This document shows, one piece after another, positions 44,695 to 56,004 of a stretch of 64,000 bases of DNA. The position numbers and the translations under genes were made by a program. The first letter of the stretch is position 1; every line of letters starts with the position of its first letter. This DNA comes from Rebecca billardiae RCC1528 (lineage: Eukaryota > Protista > Haptophyta), in assembly GCA_965240325.2 (NCBI GenBank), contig OZ251241.1, forward strand, positions 682,001 through 746,000. The letters run 5' to 3'. The notes beneath the pieces were generated by a model. That model searched no databases. It was not told the origin of the DNA and saw nothing but the letters and a program-made list of their open reading frames with translations.

Positions 44695-47600
44695 ATGGAC
44701 ACCATCGACCGCCGGCTCGGCGCGCTCGTGCGCGAGAAGCGCATCCTGCTGCGCGAGTTCCTCGTCGACTACGACCGCCAGCGCACCGGCTCGATCTCGA
44801 CCGAGCACCTGATGCGCGGGCTGCGGCTCGCACTCGACAAGGAGTGGTCACGGCTCGGCATGAGCGCGGTCGAGTTCGACGCGCTGGCCGCGGCGTTCGC
44901 CGACGCGCGCCAGCCGGGCGCGGTGCGCTGGCGTGACCTCTGCCGCGCGATCGACGCCGCCGCCGCGCACGCCGCCGCCGCCGCGCCGTCGACGCCGACC
45001 TCGCTCGTCGGTCTCAGCGCGGACTGGGACCCGACCGCGGGCGTCGACGCAGGCTCGGAGCTCGGCGGCGCGCTGGGGAGCGACGCGGCGCGCGCGGTGC
45101 GCCGCGCGCGCGATGCGGCGCGCGCCGCCGAGCTCGGCGCGCACGTCGGCCGCCGCGCCGGCGTCGCCGCCTCCTCCGCCACCGACGAAGGGCACGCGTC
45201 TGTCGAGCGCGCGCTCGACGCCTCGATCGCCGACTACCAGGTGGAGGTGGCGCGGTGCGAGCGCGCGCTGGCGGAGGGCGCGCGCGGGTTCGAGGCGCTC
45301 GACGCGGCGCGCGCGCTCTGCGCCGACGCGCGCGCGCGGCTCGACGCGCGCCTCGCCGCCGTCGAGGCGCGGCTGCGCGCGATCGGCGCGCACGGCGCGG
45401 GCGGCGGCGGCGAGGGCGGTCATTCCTTCTCTCCGCGCGGCGCGGCGCTGCCGGGCACGCCGGCGCGCGAGCTGGCGCGCTCGCTGGCCGCGGAGGCGGA
45501 CGCGGCGCGCGGCGGGCGCGCGGACGTGGACGCGTGCGCCGCCGCCGCCGTCGCCATCGAGCGCGAGCTCTCCGACGGCACTCGGCTCGTGGACGCGGCG
45601 CGCGCGCACGCGTCACACGCGCTCGCAGTCGAGCGCGCTGTGCGCTCGCTGCAAGACGGCGCGGCGGGCTCGACGGTGGCGTCGGCGGGCGCGCGGCCGG
45701 GCTCGCCGTTCTCGGCGCGGTCGCGCCGCGCGCACCCGCCGCCGCCCACGCCCGCGCCGCCCGCGCCGCCCAGGCCCGCCGGCGAGCTCACCCTCAGCCC
45801 CGTGCGCAGCAGCGCGCGCGCACAGGAGTGCCTCGCAGCGGCGCGCGGCGCGGCGGGCGCGGCCGCGGACGCAGCGGACACGCTCGAGCACGAGGCGGCG
45901 GAGGCGCTGGCGGCGCGCGCGGCGGCGACGCGCTCGGTGGTGGCCGAGCTGCGCGCCACGCGCGAGGCGCACGCGCGCGAGGTGCGCGCGCTCAGGGCCA
46001 CGGCCGCCGAGCTCGCCGACAGACGGTGCGCGCGGCGCGGCGCGGCGCGGCGCGCGCGGCGCGGCGCGCGCGGCGCGGCGCGGCGCGCGGCGCGCGGCGC
46101 GGCGCGCGTGACGCGGCGCGCGTGACGCGGCGCGCGGCCTCCTTCGCAAGCCGCGCCGCCGCCGTGCACCGCCTCAGCGTGGGCCGCGTGCGCGCGTCTC
46201 CCGCCGTCTCACCGCCACGCTGGCGCGCCCCCGCCCCGCGCCCCCTGCCCACGCAGCGATGAGCTGGACCGCGCCGCAGCCCTCGCCAGCCGCCGCCGCG
46301 AGCTGCACGCGACGCGCGAGCGCCTGCCGGCGATGCCGCGCGGCGGCGGCGGCGGGCGGCGCGCGGAGGGCGGCGGCGCGCCGGACGACGTGGACGCCGC
46401 GCTCGTGGCCGAGCTCGACGCGATCGCGCGCGCGCGCGAGGAGCTCGACGGCGCGTCCGAGCGGCTCGCCGCGCGCGGCGCCGAGCTGGATGAAGCAGAC
46501 CGAGCGCTCGGCGCCGAGCTGAGCGCGACCGAGGCGGACTTGCAGGTGCAGAGCCGGCTGCTGAGCGCGCCGCTCGGCGGCGGCGGCGGCGGCGGCGGCG
46601 GGCGTGAGTGGCGCTCGCCGGGCGAGCCGGTCGACGGCGCGGCGGGCAGGCGCTCGCACGCGTACGGTCCGGGCGGTGGCATGGACGGTGGCGTGGACAG
46701 CGCGCGCTCAGTCGGCGTGAGCGCCGGCCTCGCGCGCAGCGCCGGCGAGCGTGGCGCGGACGACGACGGCGGCGGCGGGTACGGCCGCGGCGGCGGCGGC
46801 GGGATGGTCGACTCGATGGGGCGGCTGCAGCTCGCCGATGGCGGCGGCGGGGAGGCAGGCGGAGACGTGCGCGCGCGGCTCGACGCAGCGGCACCGGCCG
46901 GCTCCGGCGCGCGCGCCACGGCCGCAGCCGCCGAGCAGAGTCAAAGCCCCCTGCGCGCGCGCGAGCTCACCTACTCGCGCGCGGAGGCGGAGGGCGCGGC
47001 GGCGCGCGCGGGCGACGAGCGCTCGGCGCAGCGGCAGCAGCCGCAGCCGCAGCAGCAGCAGCACCCGTCGAGCGGCGGCCGCGCCGCGCCGCCGGGCTGG
47101 GCGCCTGGCTCGGCGGCGCGCGGCGGCGCCTCCGCCTCACTCCCTTACTCACAATACCCGCGCAGCGCAACGCCGCCGTTCGCGACGGCCGACGGCGCGC
47201 ACGAGCCGCCGCCGCCGAGCGCGCACACGCGCGCCGCCGCCTCGACCGGCCTGGCGTACACGCAGCACCCCACCTCGGCCGTGCCGCCGTACGCGGTCGC
47301 CGAGGGCGCGCGCGGCAGCGGCGGCAGCGGCGGCGCCACCCCGCGCGCAGGCGCGATCGGCGCCGGCCTCGACGACTCGGAGCTGGCCGAGCTTGTGTCC
47401 GCCCTGGACGCGCTGGGCGCGGCGGCGCGCGTGTCGCGCGTCGACGTGCGCGACGAGCTGCGCGGCTACGACCGGCACCGGTGCGCGCGCTTGCTGGAGA
47501 GCTGGGAGGGCGGTGCGCGGGCGGAGGGGCGTGGCGCGGCGCGCTCGCCCTCCTCGCGCGCTCACCTGCCGCGCCGGCCTGCTGCGCGTCGCCCCGACCC

Positions 47601-47835
47601 GCCCGCGCGGCCCCTCTGCGCGGCGCGGCGCGCCCGCAGCCACGGCACGATCAGCGCCGAGCACTTCGACGCAGCCATGCACGCCCTCTTCAGGGGCCGG
47701 GTGGCGGGCGGCGCACGCGGGCTGGCGCTCGCGCGCCGCGCGTTCAGCACGCCTGCGGGGCTCGTCAAGTGGCGCGTGTTTGCGGACGAGGTGATGGCGC
47801 GCGCGCAGCAGCTGCCTCACACGCCGCGGCAGTGA
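44695..47835 (+). CDS. Protein with N- and C-terminal EF-hand-like domains and central coiled coil; introns 46026-46256 and 47481-47639
   Basis: YDRQRTGSISTEHL and spliced YDRHRHGTISAEHF loops, each followed by VxWR; GT-AG introns join the ORFs in frame. Confidence 0.75.
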
Positions 47836-48271
47836 ATGAACGGAAGAAGCTGCTGCCACCGAGTGCGCCGCCGGGCCCAGCCCCAGGCTGCAGCCTCCTG
47901 CTGGCCTGTCTCCCGCGACGAGCGGTCGGCCCGGTCCCGGCCCCGCCGCTTTATTGATAATATATATATATATATTATAAGATATGGCGGGCCGTTATAT
48001 TATTATTCAGGAATATTCAGCTAGCAGTAGGGCAGTCCGTCAAGTGTCTTTTAAAAATCATAGAATTAGTATGTGGCCCCTCGATGATGAATAAGAATAA
48101 TAATATATATAAGCTATATATATATATATATTAATATATATATATAGTCAGTAGAGATCAGTCTGACCATCACGGCTACCACTACCAGTAGTCTCCGGCC
48201 GAGTTCTTAGCCGTTCGGTATAGCCCGAGAGTGCCTACGCGCGCGGAGTCTCAGTTTATTCTGCGCGCTTC

Positions 48272-48789
48272 AAATATATAAATATATAAATATATAAATA
48301 TATAAATATATAAATATATAAATATATAAATATATAAATATATAAATATATAAATATATAAATATATAAATATATAAATATATAAATATATAAATATATA
48401 AATATATAAATATATAAATATATAAATATATAAATATATAAATATATAAATATATAAATATATAAATATATTTATATAAATATATAAATATATAAATATA
48501 TAAATATATAAATATATTTATATATAAATATATAAATATATAAATATATAAATATATAAATATATAAATATATAAATATATAAATATATAAATATATAAA
48601 TATATAAATATATAAATATATAACTATATAAATATATAAATATATAAATATATAAATATATATAAATAAATATATAAATAAATATATAAATAAATATATA
48701 AATAAATATATAAATATATATATATAAATATATAAATATATAAATATATAAATATATAAATGTATAAATATATATAAATATATATATAA

Positions 48790-48867
<78 letters not shown>

Positions 48868-48923
48868 TTATATATTTATATATATTTATATATTTATATA
48901 TTTATATATTTATATATATATAT
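48272..48923. repeat. (ATATATAA)n satellite, then (TA)n, then reverse-complement units
   Basis: Direct reading. Confidence 0.97.
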
Positions 48924-51563
48924 AAGCAGGCGCGGTATACCGGACTGGCGGTAGTACGCCCGCTGCGCCGCGCAGGCTCTGCAGCGTGGAGCATCATGAT
49001 CGCAGAGGGGGCAGGCATCGCTGAATGCAGCCCCCGACTGGAATCGCACACGGAGAACAAGGTCGCCAACCGGCGGAGCCGCGATCAGATGACAGCACTC
49101 AATAAGGCACGACAGCTCAAGGGGCATTCGCACCGGCGCGGCACCGCGGTACAACGACGTGCCTCCTCGCGCCCAACCGCGAGGCGCGGTTGTTCACCAG
49201 AAAAATTATTATCATCGTCAGATTATTACATGAGATGATGGGCAGCTTGACGAATCTTCGCGATCGCGTCGAAAATGTGGATTCGTCGCGCGATGCCGCG
49301 ATCGATTGTCTGATGACTCATCATGATTCTGTGCATCTGCTATTAATTAACGACACAGATAGGACGACGCAGGTCTCCTGATTCGTCGGCGGCAGTGCTG
49401 CTTCAACAAGAGCAGCGTCGCCGGCGACCGGCACCGCGAAAAAAAAGCCTAGGCCGATTTAAGCCAGTGCTTATTACAGTTTACTAAGAATCAGAGACGT
49501 CGCACACAGCTCAGGCAGGCGAGATTGACGCCCGCCAACTGTCACCGCCCATGAAGCCGTCGCCGATGGTAGCGCCACAGTCATCGGCCTGATCGGCCTG
49601 GGCTGCGATAAGCCCCGCGCGAGCTTATCGCAGCCTGGGCTGGGATAAGCGCTTATCGCAGCCTGGGGCTCGCAAGCGCACGTTGCGCGCCCGCCCGCCC
49701 GCTCCATGGCTGCACGGCGTGCTGTGTCTTCGGCGCCCACGCGAGAAGTGAAGTGCGCAAAGCCTGGTGATGCACGCCGCTCTCCACCCAGCCTTTCCTC
49801 CCGGCCCGGCCCGCCCGCCCTCGCCTGCATCGGATGCCTTGCTCGCGCATGCAACCGCCTCAGCCAACACCGTTGTTCCACCATCGACGGTCGCTGGTAG
49901 GTCGTGTACTGCGTTATCGCACGCAGGTGGCCACGGCCCGTGCGCAACGTCCACCGCGTGCCGATTTCATTGCACCGCGTTCAAACTGCCTGTCTGCAGG
50001 CGGCGAGATGCCACTACAGCCGTGCGCGCGCGCCCGGCTTGGCTTTCTAATATCCTTATTGGCGGTATCGCTCGATGTTGGATCAGCCAATCGCCGCGAT
50101 CCCGTCAGATCGGAGCGATCCTGGCGCGCGGCGCACTGCTCTGTGCGGAGCAGGTCGCTAGTGAAGTCCTCCCTTGGCGGCTGGTGCACGACCGAGCCCG
50201 GACCATCGGCTGACGGCCGCGGAGTGCGGCTCTCGGCGTCTGAAGTGTGGCACTTTGGCAGAGGAAGTGTCGACGGTCGTGGCACCGCGGCTGGTGTGCC
50301 CGCCAGCGCCGGCGCGCCCGCAGTTGTCGGCGCGTACGGCAAGCACGCCAAGGCTGCTACGGGGCCCGGCCGCGGCTGGCGCGCTCGGCGAGCACGCCAA
50401 GGTCGCCGCGCCGCGCGCGCGGTGGTCCGCGCGCACGCAGCGGCTGGCGCGCGCGCAGCGGCCCGGCGCGCGCGCCGCGGCCGGCGCGCGCGTCGCGGCC
50501 AACAAGCGTGCCACTGCCGACCAGCGTGCCGCAGTCGATCACGCGCCGCGGCCGACTAGCGGTCGGCGCCAGGAGGGCCAGGGGCATGTCAGACTCGACT
50601 CCGCCGCGTCGCGCGCGGCCAAGCGCGCGCTCTGCGCTAGGGACGCGCGACGCGAGGCGGGCGCTCGCGCACGCACGCGGCCATCCCGACCAGCGCCAAA
50701 CGGGCGACGCCAGCGAGGGAGGCGATATCGTCAGACGAGAGCACCTCCCTCCGAACGAGAGCACCTCCCAGTGGGAGGGGCGTGATCACGAGTACGAGTT
50801 CGGCCGTGCTCACTCTGTCCGCGCCGGCCGGCGGCGCACGGACAGATACACGGATCACGTCGGCTGGCAGCCAGCCGCTCTCTGACCAGGTCAGAAGAGA
50901 TGTCAGCAGTCAGCTGTATCTGCCACTCATTGCCAGCGCCAGAAACAGCCCCTGCGGCGCTCCCTCGCCCCGCGCGCGCGTCGCGCGCGCGCGTGGGGCT
51001 GCGGGGCGCCGTTCTGAGCACGCGCGTGTCTGGCCGTTGCGCAAATCGCAACGCGGCCGTATCCGGGTCGGTGGCCCGGGCGCGCGCGATGGCTCTTGGG
51101 GTTCTGCGCACGCCCCCACGCGCGGCGCCCGCCTGGCCGCCCTCGGCCGTGCCATGCGCGCGCACCCCCGCGAGGGTGCGCGGCCGCCCCGCGCGCGCAC
51201 GCCACACGCGCGAGCGGGCGGGCGGGCGAGGGAGTGCAGCTGCTTGGCCGCGGAGGCGCGGAGCAGGGCCACACGTGACCGGTGCGTGCAGGCGCGCACC
51301 TCGCCGCCGCCTCCTCGCACGCGCCGGGGCGCTGCGCCGCCCTCCGCCGAGGGACGTCGGCTGCGGGGCCGCATCCCGGCCGACGCCATCGCGAGGCTCA
51401 GATCTCGCGAAGCGTTCACTTGACCCGGAAGCACTGGTCAGGACTCAGTCCACCCGACCGGGACGGCCAGATCCGCGGCCAGCCTGGCGGGTCGCTCGGC
51501 CGCACCCCCGTGCAGCCCGAGGCCGTCTCTGCGCGCCGCGCTGCGTCATTCTCCGCGGCCGCC

Positions 51564-52831
51564 ATGGCGATGGCCGTCGCCGATAGCCGGGCTGCGCCGC
51601 CTGATTCGGACGCGGCTGCCGCGCCGAAGAACGCTGCTGACGCGGCAACGAAGCTGCCGGCGCGTGGCCCGCTCGTCATCAGCGGGTACTACATGGCGAA
51701 GGACGGGCGAACTGGTGAGGGGGCCGTGTACGACGTCATCGCCCGCCTGCCCGAGCTCGCCAGCCATCTGCGGCAACACCGTTACTGCGGTGTGCTCGAG
51801 CCCGTGCCGGGCGCGGCGGCCGGCACGTGCGTGTTTGCGCTCGTCGCAGAGGACGGCTCGACGCCGCGCCGGGCGTTCGTGCTCGCGCGTGGCAGCCGCG
51901 TGGACTTCTTCAAGTGCGCGCGCGCCGCCCTCGACGCCTCGGCCCACGAGCCCGAACTCGACGGCCGCGCGCCCGGCATGCACGCTCATGGCAAGGAGAC
52001 GAAGCGACGGCGGCTGGAGGCCGTGGCTGAGTTCAGCGAGGCGGTGTGCGTGGACACGCCGCTGCAGGTGGGGATGGAGGTGGCCTTCGCGTCCATTCCG
52101 GGCGGGCAGATCACTTGCACCGGCAAAGTGGTCAAGGTGCCACCAGCCACTGCAGGGCCACGGGCCGCGAGCGGCGGCGGCGGCAGCAGCGGTGGTGGCG
52201 GTGGCGAGCGACGCGGCACGACACGACAGCAGCGCGGTGGCGGCGTGGCTGCTGCGACGCGCGAGGTCGTAGTGAGGTCCGCGCGCGACCACGTGGTGTA
52301 CGTGTTCGATGTCTCAGCGCTGCGCATGCGCCCTGCCGGCGCTACCGAGGGCGCGCCTGCTGCAGCAGAGAACGCTCCAGCCTCTCCCTCCGCAGCGCCG
52401 TTGCCAGCCGCTTCGGATGTGGCGCTGCCACCGACGAACGCGGGCACTGTGGCGCCCTTGGGCGTGGAGCTGATCGACTTGTGTTCTGTCTCACGCAGCC
52501 GAGCTGGTGACGACGACGACGAGGCTTGCGAGCAGGGCGCCGCGCACGACAGCGCTGATGCGCCCGAGTCCTTTCAGCAGCAGCAGCCGCAGCCGCAGCA
52601 GCCGCAGCAGACGCAGCAGACGCAGACGCAGACACCGCAGACACCACAGACACCGCAGACACCACAGACACCGCAGACACCGCAGACACCGCCACCGCAG
52701 CCACAGCCGCAGCAGCAGCGGCAGCAGCAGCCACAACCGCAGCAGCAGCCGCCGCAGCCACAGTCGCCGTCGCCGCTGCAGCCACCGCAGCCGCAGCCGC
52801 AGCCGCCGCAGCCACAGCCGCGGCCACAGCA

Positions 52832-52862
<31 letters not shown>

Positions 52863-55070
52863 CCGCCGCCGCAGCCACAGCCGCAGCCGCAGCCGCAGCA
52901 ACCGCCGCCGCCGCCGCAGCAGCAGCTGCATCAACCCTCTCATGGCGCGTTCGCCCTCGACAGCCCCTCGCGCGAGCTGATCGATTGCATGCAGCGCTGG
53001 CTTGTGGACGTGCGCACGTGCGCCAACGCCGCGCTGCTGCTGCCCGCCGTGTGCGCCGTGTCTGGCTGCTGTCTAGAGGCCCTCGACGCGTTCGGTCGCT
53101 CTGCGCTGCCGGCGGCGCAAACGCTCGAGATCGCGCAGCGGCTGTGCTCGCGCTGCGTCACCGAGGTGTTAGTACCAGTGCCAGAGCTGACGGCAGCAGT
53201 GCTGGGCACACCGCAGCCGCCGCAGCCGCCGCCGCAGCCGCCGCAGCCGCAGCAGCCGCAGCCGCAGCCGCCGCAGCCGCAGCCGCCGCAGCCGCAGCAG
53301 CCGCAGCAGCCGCAGCCGCAGCAGCCGCAGCCGCCGCAGCCGCAGCCGCAGCCGCAGCAGCCGCAGCCGCAGCAGCCGCAGCCGCAGCCGCACGTCGCAG
53401 CTCGCGGGGCCGGCGCTGGCGCGGCGGAGGCGACGGCTGGTGGCGTGTCAGACGGGGCGGCGAATGTGGCGGCCGCAGCCTGCATGGCAGAACGGGGGCA
53501 GGCGCCGCCGCCGTCCTTGGGCAATGGGGTGCAGCCGGATGCGAGCGCGCGGCAGGCATCGGCTGCCGCCGCCGCCGTCGCGGTTGGAGCGCAGCGTACT
53601 CCCGCAGACGCGCTCATCCCCGCCACTGCGGCTGAAGCTACGCCTCGCGGCCGCCACCGAGCTCTTGGCGCCCCGGCGATGGGGGCCGCCCCATACGGCT
53701 CTGGCGACGGCCGCTCGCAGCGCAGGCAGCCGCGCTACAACGTCGTGCTCGACGAAGACAGCAGCAGCGAGGGCAGCGGCGCAGAGGGGTGGCGCTTTGC
53801 AGCAGGCGGCGCGGCCGCCCGCCGCTGTCCAGGGCGTGTGCGCGGCGCTGTCTTGTGCTCAGACTTGTGTGATGGTGACGCGATGGAGGTGGCGGATGCA
53901 GGCGGAGGCTCAGAGCGGGACGCGCTGGAGGCGGAGGCAGAGGTCGCTGGCGCAGAGCTTGCCGAAGGCCCCGGCCCGCTCGCGGAGGCGCCCCCCGCAC
54001 CGGCAGCGGCTGAGAGCGCGCGGCTCCCCTGCGAGCTGACACCCATCTGGCCTGCGGGGCCGGGGTGCGCGGCAGCACCGCCGCGCCCTGTGGCCGCGCC
54101 GCTCCCCGTGGCAGCGCTCTGGGCCGGGGCCGCCCCGTCTGCCGCGGACCAGGGCGCGCCCCGGCTGCCTCCGAGTGGCGCGCCATCGCCACCGACTGCA
54201 GGCCAGCCCCAGCCGGGCACCGCCCAGCCGAGAGAGCCTCAGCTGCCTCAGCTGCCTCGGCTGCCAGCAGGCGCGGCGGTGCCCGCCGGGGAGCTCGGCA
54301 CGGCTGCCGAGCCCGCTGCCGCCCCAGCCGCGACGGCTGGCGCCCCCGCTGGCACGGAGGGCACGGAAGCGGCGCAGAGCGCCACGTGGGCCCCCGCGCA
54401 CGAAGGCACCGCCGAGCCAGAGCGCGCGCCGGATGAGGCTGAGTCGGAGCTGCGGCGGGAGAGCGCTACTCGGCAGGAGCAGGAGCGCAGGGCGGCGGCT
54501 GCTGAGTCGCGGGCCGACGAGCTGGAGCGGCGCTGCGCCGAGCTCGAGCACAGGCTCCGGCGCGCGGAGGAGGCGGAGATGCGCACAGCCGACGAGCTGG
54601 CGAGCGAGCGCGCGACGCGAGAGATTGCAATCGCCGAGCATCAGCAGGCGCTTGCGGAGGCGGCGCAAGCGCGAGCCCGCGCGAGCGAGGTGTACGAGCG
54701 CACGCTGCACGAGCTGCGCGACCAGCTCGAGGCGGAGCAGCAGAAGTGCCGCCAGCTCACCGAGGTGCTGGGCGCGCGAGAGGAAGCGCAGGTGCGGGCG
54801 CAGCCAACGGGCGGTGTGGGCTGGGGCGACTACTTGCACTTGCAGCAGCAGCTGCCGGCGCCGCAGCTGCAGCAGTCGCAGCCGCCGTTGCAGCAGGCGC
54901 CGCAGCCATCGTTGCTGCAGCAGACACCGACGCCGCCTGCACAGCCGCACCTGCTGCCCCATCAGCGGCAAGCTGCACAGCAGCCACTGGCCCAGTCAGC
55001 CCAGCAGCCGCCGCAGCCGCCACTCCCACAGCAGCCGGTGCCTCGGCAGCAGCACCGGCTGACGCTGTGA
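51564..55070 (+). CDS. Uncharacterised Gln/Pro-rich protein with globular N-terminus and C-terminal coiled coil
   Basis: Open frame >1100 aa; complex N-terminal domain; CAG/CCG tracts; heptad-rich C-terminal region; start uncertain. Confidence 0.7.
52576..53390 (+). repeat. Coding CAG/CCG/ACA triplet arrays (52576-52926, 53211-53390)
   Basis: Direct reading; encode Q/P/T repeats. Confidence 0.9.
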
Positions 55071-55462
55071 TTCAGCAGCCGTCTGATCCGTTTATCAGAT
55101 TCAGAAATATAATATCGCGACGAATTCATCAGTACTACTATGAGTGATACATGACGACGAATAAGTCCGGGCGGCTTAAGTTGAAGCGCGCTGCTTCAAC
55201 TTAAAAGGCGGCTTAAGTTGAAGCGCGCTGCCTCCTGAATCCTGATAATGCCCGCCGGGCCCGCCGCCCGGTCGTCGTCGACGCCCGGCGGTGGCCGCCC
55301 GCGGCGAATCCGAGAACGGCAGCCCGGCTTCTTCGTTCTTGTAAAACACACTGTGCACGTTGTGGCTGTATATATATGTACACCACCGGCTGGCGCGCTG
55401 ACGACAAATTCCAGAACCGGCGCGCAGAGCGTCGGCGACATGGGCGGGCCAAGGTCGGCCGG

Positions 55463-55852
55463 TCACGCGAAGACGGGGGGCTCAGCGGTCGGGTCGAGCT
55501 CGCCCACCGCGACGCGCAGCGCGGCTGCTTCGCGCCGCAGCTCCTTCACGACGGCGGCGAGTGCCTCCGGGTTGACGCCCTGCTCGCAGAGGGCGACGAG
55601 GATGGCGAGCGTCTCCTTGTCCAGGCCGGTCTCGAGCAGCTGCGAGATCTCGAAGAGGGCTGCGAGCGCGGCACGGGCCGGCGGGCCGCGCCGAGGCGCG
55701 CGCACGACGCGTCTCGTGAGCGCGCATGCGCCGCTCGCGGCGCGCGGCGATGGCACAGACGGTACGCGCGATGACATGACGCGGGTCGCGCTGCGCGCAC
55801 TGTCCAGCGTGTCCCCGCTCCCCTCGTCTGTGTCCGCCGCGACGTGCGCCAT
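55463..55852 (-). CDS. MZT1: Mitotic-spindle organizing protein 1 (MOZART1/GIP); intron 55660-55800
   Basis: [48 protein letters not shown]. Confidence 0.95.
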   Translation of the reverse strand: MAHVAADTDEGSGDTLDSARSATRVMSSRVPSVPSPRAASGACALTRRVVRAPRRGPPARAALAALFEISQLLETGLDKETLAILVALCEQGVNPEALAAVVKELRREAAALRVAVGELDPTAEPPVFA

Positions 55853-56004
55853 CGCGGCTTGAGGGCAAGGCGCGCTTGCCCAAGGCCGAGGCCACCGCCC
55901 ACCGGTCGCTCGTGTCGCCCGGACTCGACAGCGCCCCATCAGCAGGAGTGGCTCGGCACTCTCTCATCAGTGTTTTTCGTCAGGTTCGCGAGTAGCCGCC
56001 TGAT

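Noticed and set aside
49700-51500. Several overlapping ORFs upstream of the Q/P gene
   Set aside because: No coherent protein-like frame; cannot support a gene
18185-55852. TEDC1 and MZT1 as a centriole gene cluster
   Set aside because: 35 kb apart with unrelated genes between; chance co-occurrence is likely
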